A stretch of 64,000 nt of DNA, taken from the NCBI GenBank assembly GCA_035546035.1, contig DASZXC010000008.1:252265-316264 (forward strand), given 5' to 3'. This document shows, one piece after another, positions 1 through 7,847 of the stretch; within the stretch, counting starts at the first letter, position 1; each line of letters begins with the position of its first letter. This stretch comes from Minisyncoccota bacterium. Its GTDB lineage: Bacteria; Patescibacteriota; Minisyncoccia; Phycocordibacterales; UBA6065. The notes beneath the pieces were generated by a model. That model was not told where the DNA came from, searched no databases, and was given only the letters and a program-made list of their open reading frames with translations. The position numbers and the translations under genes are program-made.

Positions 1-89
1 CTTTCAAAAAGGGCCATTTGCCTTGGAAAAGGCTCTGTGTCGTGATATGGTATGCAAATCTCTGCTGAAATTTGGTTGCAGGGGCCCAT

Positions 90-163
90 GTCGGGGTAGC
101 TCAGTTGGTTAGAGCACAGGACTCATAAGCCTGGGGTCGTGGGTTCGACTCCCACCCCCGACA
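90..163 (+). tRNA. tRNA-Met (anticodon CAT)
   Basis: Cloverleaf readable: acceptor GTCGGGG/CCCCGAC, D-arm GCTCAGTTGGTTAGAGC, anticodon loop CTCATAA, T-arm GTGGG-TTCGACT-CCCAC; CCA not encoded. Confidence 0.85.
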
Positions 164-207
164 CACGTGATTTTTTAGTCGGTTTGTGATTAAATAAGTC
201 GCGCACT

Positions 208-281
208 GCGGGTGTAGCTCAGTTGGTTAGAGCGCGTCCCTGTCACGGACGAGGCCGCGGGTTCGAGTCCCGTCACTCGCG
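208..281 (+). tRNA. tRNA-Asp (anticodon GTC)
   Basis: Acceptor GCGGGTG/CACTCGC (one G-U), D-arm GCTCAGTTGGTTAGAGC, anticodon loop CTGTCAC, T-arm GCGGG-TTCGAGT-CCCGT. Confidence 0.85.
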
Positions 282-298
282 CAGAGTCTGTTTTTTAG

Positions 299-334
299 AA
301 AAGGTCCCCTGAATACGCTTCAGGGGACCTTTTC
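299..334 (+). terminator. Intrinsic terminator hairpin after tRNA pair
   Basis: AAAAGGTCCCCTGAA-tacgc-TTCAGGGGACCTTTT, 15-bp perfect stem followed by T-run. Confidence 0.75.
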
Positions 335-366
335 GTACTAGAAATGAACCTTTAAATAATAACTAT

Positions 367-549
367 ATGAACGAAGACAATTCGACTACAAACGCCATCC
401 TCGTCATTCTTATCGTGATCGTGGTGGGCTTTATCGTCTGGTTCGTCATGTCCCGTCCGTCTGCCGCGCCTGCGAATAACGATCAGACTCCTGCTATCCA
501 AGTAAACTTGCCAGGCTCTTCTACCGACGGAAGTCCTTCGGCGCAGTAA
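367..549 (+). CDS. Small hydrophobic membrane protein (60 aa), hypothetical
   Basis: ORF with one predicted TM helix (ILVILIVIVVGFIVWFV), flanked by two terminator hairpins. Confidence 0.4.
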   Translation: MNEDNSTTNAILVILIVIVVGFIVWFVMSRPSAAPANNDQTPAIQVNLPGSSTDGSPSAQ

Positions 550-550
550 C

Positions 551-612
551 GCTAAAATACAATAATAAAACACCCCAGGGCCTGGCGGGGTGTTTTATTA
601 TTGTATTTTAGC
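551..612. repeat. Perfect palindrome with 26-bp arms (copy 1 of 3 related elements); probable bidirectional terminator
   Basis: GCTAAAATACAATAATAAAACACCCC-agggcctggc-GGGGTGTTTTATTATTGTATTTTAGC between convergent genes. Confidence 0.8.
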
Positions 613-613
613 G

Positions 614-1021
614 TTACATCTTCAGGATCTTCACGCCGTGAGGATTCCTGTAGACTCGCACGAAGACAACGGTTATATACGCAGACACTGCGATGGTGAA
701 GAATGTCGCGGCGATGGACTGGAGAGGGAGTATCGTCCAGAACGTCTCGAGAGCCGATGCGAAATACGCCGGCGTCATGGCGAACGTGTTCCTGAGGGTC
801 TTTAGCGCCGCTTCAGCCGACGCGTTCGAGAGCGCTCGGTATATATCGACTGAAAGCACGCTCAAGTTGAGGCAGAGCACGGCGGTCGAGAAGGCGAGAT
901 ACTTGCCGTATCCGGCCAGAAATACGCGCTTCATGATCCTTCCGTGGAGGTGCGCTGGCATGGGTTCTTCCGGCAGAGCTTCTATCATCGCGTCCGTCAA
1001 TTTATATTCCTGATCGTTCAT
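614..1021 (-). CDS. Putative anti-sigma factor / membrane protein, second gene of the ECF sigma operon
   Basis: Immediately downstream of ECF sigma gene on same strand; central hydrophobic helix; no recognisable catalytic motif. Confidence 0.45.
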   Translation of the reverse strand: MNDQEYKLTDAMIEALPEEPMPAHLHGRIMKRVFLAGYGKYLAFSTAVLCLNLSVLSVDIYRALSNASAEAALKTLRNTFAMTPAYFASALETFWTILPLQSIAATFFTIAVSAYITVVFVRVYRNPHGVKILKM

Positions 1022-1049
1022 GTATGTAATGTGATTTTATTCGCAGGCT

Positions 1050-1595
1050 TTATTCATAGTTTACGAGCAACGTCGCCAGCTGTTTCTTTGCCCTCGATAA
1101 TCGGGTCTTCAGCGTATTGATCGGGATAGAGAGCATGTCCGCTATCTCTTCATAGCTGAATCCGTCCTTGTAATAAAGGATTATCGGCCCCCGGTAGAGG
1201 AGGTTGAGGCGATCTATGGCGGCTGCCACGTCTTTCGTTTCGATATTGTCTTCTGTAGACACCGAGTAGTACGACGCGCTATCAGGCTTTGTTTCGTACT
1301 CTTCGTCAAGCTCGGTCGTGGCCTGGCGCTTCTTCTTGCGGAGAAAGTCGTATGCCGTATTCGTCGCGATCGTGTATATCCAGGACTTGATGTTCTTCGA
1401 AGGATCGATCGCCTTTATATGCTTGAATATCTTGACGAAGGTGTCTTGGATAAGGTCCTCGGCATCGTCTTTAGAGCCAACGAGGCGGACCAGATAGCTC
1501 CACAAAGGCTTCTCGAACGTCGAAACGATCTCCTCGAAAGCCAGGATATCTCCTTTTCGAGCCCTCTCGAGTATTTCAGGGGGTATGGTGCTCAT
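1050..1595 (-). CDS. RNA polymerase ECF-type sigma-70 family factor
   Basis: Region 2 (DLIQDTFVKIFKHI, SWIYTIATNTAYDFLRKKK) and region 4 (FSYEEIADMLSIPINTLKTRLSRAKKQL) motifs; start placed at internal ATG 1595 (MSTIPPEI) rather than the extended ORF start 1772. Confidence 0.85.
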   Translation of the reverse strand: MSTIPPEILERARKGDILAFEEIVSTFEKPLWSYLVRLVGSKDDAEDLIQDTFVKIFKHIKAIDPSKNIKSWIYTIATNTAYDFLRKKKRQATTELDEEYETKPDSASYYSVSTEDNIETKDVAAAIDRLNLLYRGPIILYYKDGFSYEEIADMLSIPINTLKTRLSRAKKQLATLLVNYE

Positions 1596-1609
1596 GTTGC
1601 CTATAAGTA

Positions 1610-1636
1610 TACGTCGCAGAATGAAGATTTGTTTCA
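1610..1636 (-). promoter_or_regulatory. ECF-type promoter (TGAAAC-N17-CGTA) upstream of ECF sigma gene; likely autoregulatory
   Basis: Minus strand reads TGAAAC aaatcttcattctgcga CGTA, about 10 nt upstream of ATG 1595; same AAC-N17-CGTA architecture at 5381 and 12242. Confidence 0.55.
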
Positions 1637-1677
1637 GAGCTGAAAGCGTTATATACAAGAGTCGTACTAGATATATT

Positions 1678-2346
1678 ATGACGTCGAGGATAAATGCAAA
1701 GGAGGCCATAGAGCTGCAAAAAGAGATGCGAAAGGACGTCAGGATCGAACCTGTCCGCCGGCCTATACGCACGATAGCTGGAGCCGACGTGTCTTTGGAA
1801 AGGTTCGGCGACGAGCTTTATGCCGGCATAATCGTGCTCTCATATCCTGACCTGAAGCCTGTAGAGCATGCGGTCGCCAAAATGAAAGTCGAGTTTCCCT
1901 ATATTCCAGGCCTACTTTCGTTTCGCGAGATTCCGGGGCTTATAAGATGTTTGGAGAAGCTTTCGGCGAAGCCTGACCTCATTATCGTAGATGGGCAGGG
2001 AATAGCGCACCCGCGAAGGCTGGGCATCGCCGCGCATCTCGGTATCGTATCCGGCGTGCCGACGATCGGTTGCGCGAAGTCTCGGCTCTATGGCGTGTTC
2101 GAAGCGCCGAAGAATGTCGGCGATGCGACGCCGGTCACAGATCCAAAGACGAGTGAGCTTATCGGCTATGCCCTGAAATCGAAAGCCCGGTCGAATCCTC
2201 TGATCATATCTCCGGGATACAAGGCGGACGTTGAAGACGCGCTTTCGATTGTCCGCGAAACGGTGCGCGGCTATAAACTGCCGGAACCTACCCGGAAGGC
2301 GCATGAGTTGGTGAATAGATTCAGAAGGGGCGAGATCCGCGAATAG
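1678..2346 (+). CDS. nfi: Endonuclease V (deoxyinosine 3-prime endonuclease)
   Basis: IAGADVS, IPGLLSFRE, DGQGIAHPRRLGIAAHLG and PTIGCAK motifs; start at internal ATG 1678 to avoid overlap with divergent sigma gene. Confidence 0.85.
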   Translation: MTSRINAKEAIELQKEMRKDVRIEPVRRPIRTIAGADVSLERFGDELYAGIIVLSYPDLKPVEHAVAKMKVEFPYIPGLLSFREIPGLIRCLEKLSAKPDLIIVDGQGIAHPRRLGIAAHLGIVSGVPTIGCAKSRLYGVFEAPKNVGDATPVTDPKTSELIGYALKSKARSNPLIISPGYKADVEDALSIVRETVRGYKLPEPTRKAHELVNRFRRGEIRE

Positions 2347-2372
2347 CGCCTGACGATGCCTCGCGTTTTCGG

Positions 2373-2445
2373 AGCCACCTCCCGGGATCGAACCGGGGAC
2401 CTCTACTTTACGAAAGTATTGCTCTACCAGCTGAGCTAAGGTGGC
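2373..2445 (-). tRNA. tRNA-Thr (anticodon CGT)
   Basis: Reverse complement gives GCCACCT-TA-GCTCAGCTGGTAGAGC...anticodon loop TTCGTAA...T-arm CCCGG-TTCGATC-CCGGG...AGGTGGC; no CCA encoded. Confidence 0.8.
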
Positions 2446-2461
2446 GGAATGTATGACCGCC

Positions 2462-2527
2462 TGGAGCCAACGTCCGGGATCGAACCGGAGACCTCGTCAT
2501 TACCAATGACGTGCTCTACCGACTGAG
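2462..2527 (-). tRNA. tRNA-Thr (anticodon GGT)
   Basis: Reverse complement GCCAACG-TA-GCTCAGTCGGTAGAGC-ACGTCATTGGTAATGACG...T-arm CTCCGG-TTCGATC-CCGGA(G)...CGTTGGC-T-CCA (CCA encoded). Confidence 0.85.
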
Positions 2528-2625
2528 CTACGTTGGCGGCAATTCGAAACAAAGCCGAAAAGACAAAGCCTACTATAGTTTATTTCGGCCCTTTTTGCAA
2601 AATAAGGCCCGGATCCGAGGAGCGA

Positions 2626-2654
2626 TTGACAGACCGGCGTATTCATATATTATC
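2626..2654 (+). promoter_or_regulatory. Sigma70-like promoter (TTGACA-N16-TATTAT) driving a short non-coding unit upstream of prfB
   Basis: TTGACA at 2626-2631, TATTAT at 2648-2653; no plausible CDS downstream before a strong terminator. Confidence 0.35.
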
Positions 2655-2659
2655 CATAC

Positions 2660-2814
2660 ACGCCGACCGGGGAGAACCGTGTGCTCGCATGAAATCCCGG
2701 TAGAGGCGGAAGGCCGGTCATTCGGAAGACGTTTGTGCCCGACACCCAGAGGGCATTTTTCCGAAAAAACCCCGGACTTGGGCCGGCGCGGATCGCGCCG
2801 GCCCTCTTTATTTC
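2660..2814 (+). ncRNA. Candidate small structured RNA (unclassified), bounded by promoter and intrinsic terminator
   Basis: About 150 nt GC-rich segment with complementary blocks (CCGGGG/CCCCGG; TTCGGAA/TTCCGAA; TGCCC/GGGCA) and ending in terminator hairpin; the only ORF here overlaps the tRNA genes and is rejected. Confidence 0.3.
2780..2814 (+). terminator. Intrinsic terminator (11-bp GC stem plus U-run) 37 nt upstream of prfB
   Basis: GGGCCGGCGCG-gat-CGCGCCGGCCC followed by TCTTTATTT. Confidence 0.75.
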
Positions 2815-2850
2815 ACCGAATCCCGCAAGGGCCCTGATGCTATACTTTTA

Positions 2851-3723
2851 ATGATGAACGACAAGGCAAAGCGCATCGCCGAAATAGAGTTTCTCATGAC
2901 CGAGGCGTCCTTTTGGGACAACAAAGACCGCGCGCAGGCGATGCTGCGGGAGCTGAACGATCTCAAGGCCGCCATCGCCGAAGCCGACAAATACGAAAGG
3001 GGAAATGCCATCGTTACCATATTCTCCGGTGCCGGAGGCGACGATGCGGAGGATTTCTCGCGCATGCTCCTTGAGATGTATATGAAGTATGCCGACCGAA
3101 AGGGTTGGTCAGTCGCGTTCCTCCACGACAACCAGAACGATCGCGGCGGATACAGGAACGTGACGCTCGAGATCGGAGGCAAGGGCGCGTATGGGACGCT
3201 TAAGAACGAATCGGGCGTGCACCGCTTGGTCCGCGTATCGCCGTTCAATGCCAAAAAGCTCCGCCACACGTCGTTCTCTCTGGTCGAAGTGATCCCGAAA
3301 TTCGAAAAGACGGAAAGACTCGATATCCCTCCCGAAGAGATAAAAATAGAGTTCGCCAAATCGTCCGGTCCGGGGGGCCAGAACGTGAACAAGCGCGAAA
3401 CCGCGGTGCGCTTGGTCCATATCCCGACGAAGATCGCCGTTCACGTATCGAGCGAGCGCTCCCAGGCCGATAATCGCAGCCGTGCGATGGATATATTGAA
3501 GGCGAAGATATACAAAATGCGCGAAGACGAGCGCATCGCAAAGGAGAAAGGCATGCAGATATCGAAGACGACCGATATCGAATGGGGCAATCAGATACGA
3601 TCGTATGTTCTGCACCCGTATAAGATGGTCAAAGACCACCGCACCGACGCGGAGACCGCCAATGTAGACGCGATTCTGGGCGGAGACATCGATATGTTCA
3701 TAGAAGCCGAAAAGAACCTGTAG
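2851..3723 (+). CDS. prfB: Peptide chain release factor 2 (N-terminally short form, no programmed frameshift)
   Basis: SPF tripeptide motif (RVSPFNAK) specific to RF2, GGQ motif (GPGGQNVNK), single uninterrupted frame; extended -10 (TGcTATACT) 4 nt upstream of ATG suggests leaderless transcript. Confidence 0.85.
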   Translation: MMNDKAKRIAEIEFLMTEASFWDNKDRAQAMLRELNDLKAAIAEADKYERGNAIVTIFSGAGGDDAEDFSRMLLEMYMKYADRKGWSVAFLHDNQNDRGGYRNVTLEIGGKGAYGTLKNESGVHRLVRVSPFNAKKLRHTSFSLVEVIPKFEKTERLDIPPEEIKIEFAKSSGPGGQNVNKRETAVRLVHIPTKIAVHVSSERSQADNRSRAMDILKAKIYKMREDERIAKEKGMQISKTTDIEWGNQIRSYVLHPYKMVKDHRTDAETANVDAILGGDIDMFIEAEKNL

Positions 3724-3762
3724 TTGGGCCGTTGCGTAGTATGGTAGAATAGATGCCTACGC

Positions 3763-4443
3763 ATGATCAGATTCGATAAAGTAACCAAGGTATATTCGGA
3801 CGACTCGGTGGCCCTCGAAGACGTATCGCTCCATATCGAGCCTAAAGAATTCGTATCCATCGTCGGACATTCGGGCGCCGGTAAGACGACCCTCATAAAG
3901 ATGATCCTTGCCGAGGAAAAGCCGACTAAGGGCCGTGTCCTGTTCGAATCGACGGACGTGAACAAGATACATCGGAAGAAGATGCCGGAATACCGCCGCC
4001 GCATCGGAACGGTGTTCCAGGACTTCAGGCTCATTCCGAACAAGACGGTGTTCGAGAACATAGCGTTCGCTATGGAGGCGGCGGGGAGGACCGACGAAGA
4101 GATCGCTTCCGACGTGCCTCACGTTCTTGACCTCGTGGATCTGGGCCGAAAGATATGGAACTTCCCGAACGAGCTTTCCGGCGGCGAAAAGCAGCGCGTC
4201 GCCATCGCTCGCGCTATCGTCAATCAGCCCGATCTCATCATCGCGGACGAGCCGACGGGAAACCTCGACCCGGTGAACACGTTCGAGATCGTGCAGATAT
4301 TGAAGAAGATCAACGACCTCGGCACCACGGTCATCCTTACGACCCATAATAAGGGCGTCATAGAGAACATCGGCCGCCGCGTCGTCACTATGGAAAAAGG
4401 TCGCGTCGTGCGCGACGACACGGAAGGCAAATACGCTATATAA
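3763..4443 (+). CDS. ftsE: Cell division ATP-binding protein FtsE
   Basis: Walker A GHSGAGKTT, ABC signature LSGGEKQRVAIARA, Walker B LIIADEPTGNLD; followed by ftsX. Confidence 0.9.
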   Translation: MIRFDKVTKVYSDDSVALEDVSLHIEPKEFVSIVGHSGAGKTTLIKMILAEEKPTKGRVLFESTDVNKIHRKKMPEYRRRIGTVFQDFRLIPNKTVFENIAFAMEAAGRTDEEIASDVPHVLDLVDLGRKIWNFPNELSGGEKQRVAIARAIVNQPDLIIADEPTGNLDPVNTFEIVQILKKINDLGTTVILTTHNKGVIENIGRRVVTMEKGRVVRDDTEGKYAI

Positions 4444-4460
4444 TCGAATCACCCAACAGC

Positions 4461-5378
4461 ATGTTCTGGATCAATACCAAACGAATAGTGAAATCCGGCT
4501 TCGTGTCATTCTGGAGGAACGGCTTCGTCTCGCTCTCGTCGGTCCTCATCATGACGCTCACGCTCTTCGCGCTCGGCGGCATCATGTTCGCGGGCGCTAT
4601 CCTTAACTCGTCCCTTAATCAGATCAAGGCAAAGGTAGACGTGAATGTCTACTTCGTCCCGACCGCCGATGAGGACAGTATCCTCGCCCTTCAGAAGAAG
4701 CTCGAAGCGTTGCCCGAAGTGGCGAGCGTCGAATACGTTTCCCGCGAAGACGCCCTGGAGAATTTCAAGACGCTCCACGCCAATGACCAGATCACGCTCC
4801 AGGCGCTCGACGAGCTCGGCGACAATCCTTTGGGCGCCATCTTGAATATCAAGGCCAAGGAGCCGTCGCAGTACGAGGGCATCGCCAAGTTCCTCGATTC
4901 CGAAGGCGGCGAGGGAGGGGCATTCATAGACAAGATCAACTATTACCAGAACAAGACGGCGATAGACACGCTGACGAGGATGATAAGCGGCGGAACCAAG
5001 ATCGCGCTCGCGATCACGCTCGCGCTCGTGATCATCTCTATCCTCATCGTCTTCAATACCATACGCCTGGCCATCTATATCGCGAGGGAGGAGATCGCGG
5101 TCATGAGGCTCGTGGGCGCGTCTAACCGATTCGTACGCGGTCCGTTCATCATTTCAGGTATTATGTACGGCCTCGTGTCAGCCGTCATCACGCTCCTGTT
5201 CTTCTATCCGGCGACGTTCTGGATATCGAACGTGACCGCGACGTTTTTCAGCGGCTTCAACCTGTTCTCGTATTATATAAACAACATGCCGATCGTTATG
5301 GGCGTCATCCTCGGCGCAGGCGTCATCCTCGGCGCCATATCAAGCTATCTCGCGGTGCGAAAGTATCTTCGCCTCTAG
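4461..5378 (+). CDS. ftsX: Cell division permease-like protein FtsX
   Basis: N-terminal TM, large periplasmic loop, C-terminal 3-TM FtsX-like permease fold, adjacent to ftsE. Confidence 0.85.
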   Translation: MFWINTKRIVKSGFVSFWRNGFVSLSSVLIMTLTLFALGGIMFAGAILNSSLNQIKAKVDVNVYFVPTADEDSILALQKKLEALPEVASVEYVSREDALENFKTLHANDQITLQALDELGDNPLGAILNIKAKEPSQYEGIAKFLDSEGGEGGAFIDKINYYQNKTAIDTLTRMISGGTKIALAITLALVIISILIVFNTIRLAIYIAREEIAVMRLVGASNRFVRGPFIISGIMYGLVSAVITLLFFYPATFWISNVTATFFSGFNLFSYYINNMPIVMGVILGAGVILGAISSYLAVRKYLRL

Positions 5379-5380
5379 CC

Positions 5381-5407
5381 GGGAACGATTTCGTAAGGTT
5401 TTTCGTA
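5381..5407 (+). promoter_or_regulatory. ECF-type promoter GGGAAC-N17-CGTA upstream of secreted protein gene
   Basis: GGGAAC (5381-5386), 17-nt spacer, CGTA (5404-5407); overlapped by three direct repeats TTCGTA(A/G)G at 5390, 5402 and 5412. Confidence 0.5.
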
Positions 5408-5466
5408 GTACTTCGTAAGGACGCACTATAAAGAAGGACGCGTCCTTTACAAGCTAAGAAAACCTT

Positions 5467-6201
5467 ATGAAAAAACCAAAGGCATTTGCGTACTCCGCGG
5501 TTTCGATCGCCTTGGCGGCGGCCCTGCCGGTCTCCGCGCAGGTAACGGGCGGATTAAATACGGGAGTGGGCGCAGATATCAATATCGGGTCAGGGACGAA
5601 TGCGGCCGTTAACGTCGGCGGGGTCGCATCGAGCTCGTCAAATACGAGCGGCAATGCTTCGTCTGGCGTGACCGTAGGCGGCACGGTCACCGCCGGCGCT
5701 TCGGCGAACGCGCCTTCGGCCCACATCGAGACGTTCGCCGTTTCGCGAAGCGATGCGAAGGCGACTACGACCGAATACATAGCTCCTGCGAACGTCACTT
5801 CGCAGGCTGATTTCGAGACCTATTCTAAGGCTCTCGTCATGGCCGACGAGAATGTGGCCAAGATATCGACGGGCGACGACTATGTCTCTGTCTGGTACCA
5901 TGAGCCTGCCAAGGTGCTCGGCGTCATCCCCGTGACCGCTACGGTCAAGGCGACTGTCGACGCGGCAGGAGATGTGAGCGTCGACTATCCGTGGTGGTAC
6001 GGCCTCTTCGTCAAAGACGACACGGCCGTGGACTTCAAGAACGACATAGATACCACTGCCGGCGTCATCGCCCGAGGCGAAGCTTCTGCGACGCTCTCTT
6101 CATCCGCGAAGGCGCGGCTCGTGAATGCGGTGCGAACCACTATGAAGGCTCACTATGACGCAAACGTCAGCGCGTCGTCATCAGAGACCGCCGCTTATTA
6201 G
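5467..6201 (+). CDS. Secreted hypothetical protein (signal peptide, Gly/Ala/Ser-rich N-terminal region)
   Basis: Signal peptide MKKPKAFAYSAVSIALAAALPVSAQ; no recognisable domain. Confidence 0.6.
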   Translation: MKKPKAFAYSAVSIALAAALPVSAQVTGGLNTGVGADINIGSGTNAAVNVGGVASSSSNTSGNASSGVTVGGTVTAGASANAPSAHIETFAVSRSDAKATTTEYIAPANVTSQADFETYSKALVMADENVAKISTGDDYVSVWYHEPAKVLGVIPVTATVKATVDAAGDVSVDYPWWYGLFVKDDTAVDFKNDIDTTAGVIARGEASATLSSSAKARLVNAVRTTMKAHYDANVSASSSETAAY

Positions 6202-6272
6202 GAAGCACGCAAAATGCATACAAAGAACGCCCCAGGCCCTAGGGCGTTCTTTGTATGCATTTTGCGTGCTTC
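6202..6272. repeat. Perfect palindrome with 31-bp arms (copy 2 of 3); probable terminator
   Basis: GAAGCACGCAAAATGCATACAAAGAACGCCC-caggcccta-GGGCGTTCTTTGTATGCATTTTGCGTGCTTC directly after stop codon 6201. Confidence 0.8.
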
Positions 6273-6298
6273 TCGGTAAGAGCGTACAATGACCGCGC

Positions 6299-6889
6299 AT
6301 GGAACGTTCCGACATTGATCTTATGAGCGCTTCAAAGGCGGGCGATACTCGCGCTTTCGACGAATTGGTCGGTCGCTATGCCGATCGCATCTATGCATTC
6401 GTCTTGCGCCTCTCGGGCGACGCGAACACCGCCGCCGATGCCGCGCAGGAGACGTTCATCAAGGTCTGGAAGAATCGGAAGAAATATCAAGCGGGCAGGA
6501 ACGTCTCGCCGTGGATATTCGCTATCGCCCGGAACGCGACGTTCGATCTCCTTCGCAAGAAGAAAGACCGCGCATTCTCTTCGATCCAATCGGACGATGC
6601 CGGCGACGTAGGGGAAAGCATCCCTGACGAATCGATAGATATTCCGGAAGGATTCGACCGCAGGAAATTCGCCGAGCTCCTCGAAGAGACCATCGAAACC
6701 CTGACGCCGAATCAGAGGGCTGTCGTCATGCTCCATGACGTGGAGGGCATGACGTTCGACGAGGCGGGGGAAGCCTTGGGAAAGCCCCTTAATACCGTTA
6801 AAAGCCATTACAGGAGAGCTATAGCGGCTCTAAGGATTAAACTCGGATCAAAGCTCGCCGGCAGGCCGGGACCGCACCAAAATCGCTGA
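6299..6889 (+). CDS. RNA polymerase ECF-type sigma-70 family factor (second copy)
   Basis: Region 2 (AQETFIKVWKNRKKY, SPWIFAIARNATFDLLRKKK) and region 4 (MTFDEAGEALGKPLNTVKSHYRRAIAALR). Confidence 0.85.
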   Translation: MERSDIDLMSASKAGDTRAFDELVGRYADRIYAFVLRLSGDANTAADAAQETFIKVWKNRKKYQAGRNVSPWIFAIARNATFDLLRKKKDRAFSSIQSDDAGDVGESIPDESIDIPEGFDRRKFAELLEETIETLTPNQRAVVMLHDVEGMTFDEAGEALGKPLNTVKSHYRRAIAALRIKLGSKLAGRPGPHQNR

Positions 6890-6907
6890 AATTAACGTAT
6901 ACATGTC

Positions 6908-7306
6908 ATGGCACTACAGAGCCGTCCATTCTCAGGAATAGCGAATATCGAAGCTCCGGGATCTCTCCGCGAGTCCGTTCGCGCGCGTGTAGCCGTCATA
7001 GAGCGCCGCGCATGGATATTCCGATTCTCCGGCCTTGCCGGCCTTGCGCTTGTCTCTGTTTCAGGCTTCGTCGCATCGTGCGCATATGTCTATCAGGCAG
7101 TAGCCGCATCGGGCTTTATCCAGTACGTCTCTCTTATCTTCTCTGACGGAACCGACGTCCTCGCTTTCTCAAAAGAGCTCTCTCTTTCCATGCTCGAATC
7201 TCTTCCCGCATTCGGCATCGCGCTCGTCCTTGCCGCCGGCCTTGTGGCCGTAGGCTCGGTCATGACTTCGGTCAGATTTGCCCGCCACTTTAACAGCGTT
7301 GCTTAA
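6908..7306 (+). CDS. Putative anti-sigma factor (membrane protein)
   Basis: Directly follows ECF sigma gene; two hydrophobic segments; no catalytic motifs. Confidence 0.45.
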   Translation: MALQSRPFSGIANIEAPGSLRESVRARVAVIERRAWIFRFSGLAGLALVSVSGFVASCAYVYQAVAASGFIQYVSLIFSDGTDVLAFSKELSLSMLESLPAFGIALVLAAGLVAVGSVMTSVRFARHFNSVA

Positions 7307-7311
7307 ATTTT

Positions 7312-7845
7312 ATGAACGAACCGATCAATAAGAGATTCGACGATATATGGGACAAGGTCTTTTCAGGTCCTACCAAAGGCCGGCGCATCGCGCTCGTGCT
7401 TGTCGGAGTCATAGCGACGCTCCTCGTATTCCAGGCGGGCGTGTCTGTCGGCTACCACAAAGCTTCGTTCTCGTACCGATCGAGCGATAGATTTTTTCGG
7501 ATGGTCCAAGGCCCTGAAACGGGCGTCGCGTCGCTAACGACGGGCTTTCCCGTAGACGAATTCTCTGCGAGCCACGGCACAGCGGGCCGAATCGTATCGG
7601 TGTCGCTTCCTACCTTCGTCGTCGCGAGCCCTGATAACCGCGAGCAGACCGTCACTATCGACGGAAACACGGTCGTCCGCATGTTCAGGGCGACCGCATC
7701 GTCGTCCGATATACGGCCTGAACAATTCACCGTCGTATTGGGCGAGCCGAACCAGGCCGGAACCATTCAGGCCCGCTTCGTGCGTATCATGCCCGCGACC
7801 ATGAGCGTCCAGGGCGTTCAGACCATACAGTCTTTTCCTCGCTAA
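7312..7845 (+). CDS. Membrane-anchored hypothetical protein in sigma/efflux operon
   Basis: N-terminal TM helix (IALVLVGVIATLLVF), 5-nt gap to upstream gene, 2-nt gap to macA-like gene. Confidence 0.4.
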   Translation: MNEPINKRFDDIWDKVFSGPTKGRRIALVLVGVIATLLVFQAGVSVGYHKASFSYRSSDRFFRMVQGPETGVASLTTGFPVDEFSASHGTAGRIVSVSLPTFVVASPDNREQTVTIDGNTVVRMFRATASSSDIRPEQFTVVLGEPNQAGTIQARFVRIMPATMSVQGVQTIQSFPR

Positions 7846-7847
7846 TC

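Noticed and set aside
2660-2814. SRP RNA (4.5S) identity for the structured segment upstream of prfB
   Set aside because: A CGGAAG tetraloop-like element is present, but the conserved helix-8 AAGCAG / AGG symmetric-loop motif is incomplete, so the family assignment is left open.
2511-2837. ORF of 108 aa spanning tRNA-Thr(GGT) and the promoter-terminator unit upstream of prfB
   Set aside because: It overlaps a tRNA gene on the opposite strand, has an Arg/Pro-rich composition, and reads through a strong terminator hairpin. The region is better explained as tRNA plus a non-coding unit.
2626-2850. Programmed +1 frameshift site for prfB (CTT TGA C) and a hidden N-terminal RF2 exon
   Set aside because: All three forward frames upstream of 2851 were translated. 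None encodes RF2-like sequence and no CUU-UGA-C motif is present. The short RF2 is a single ORF.
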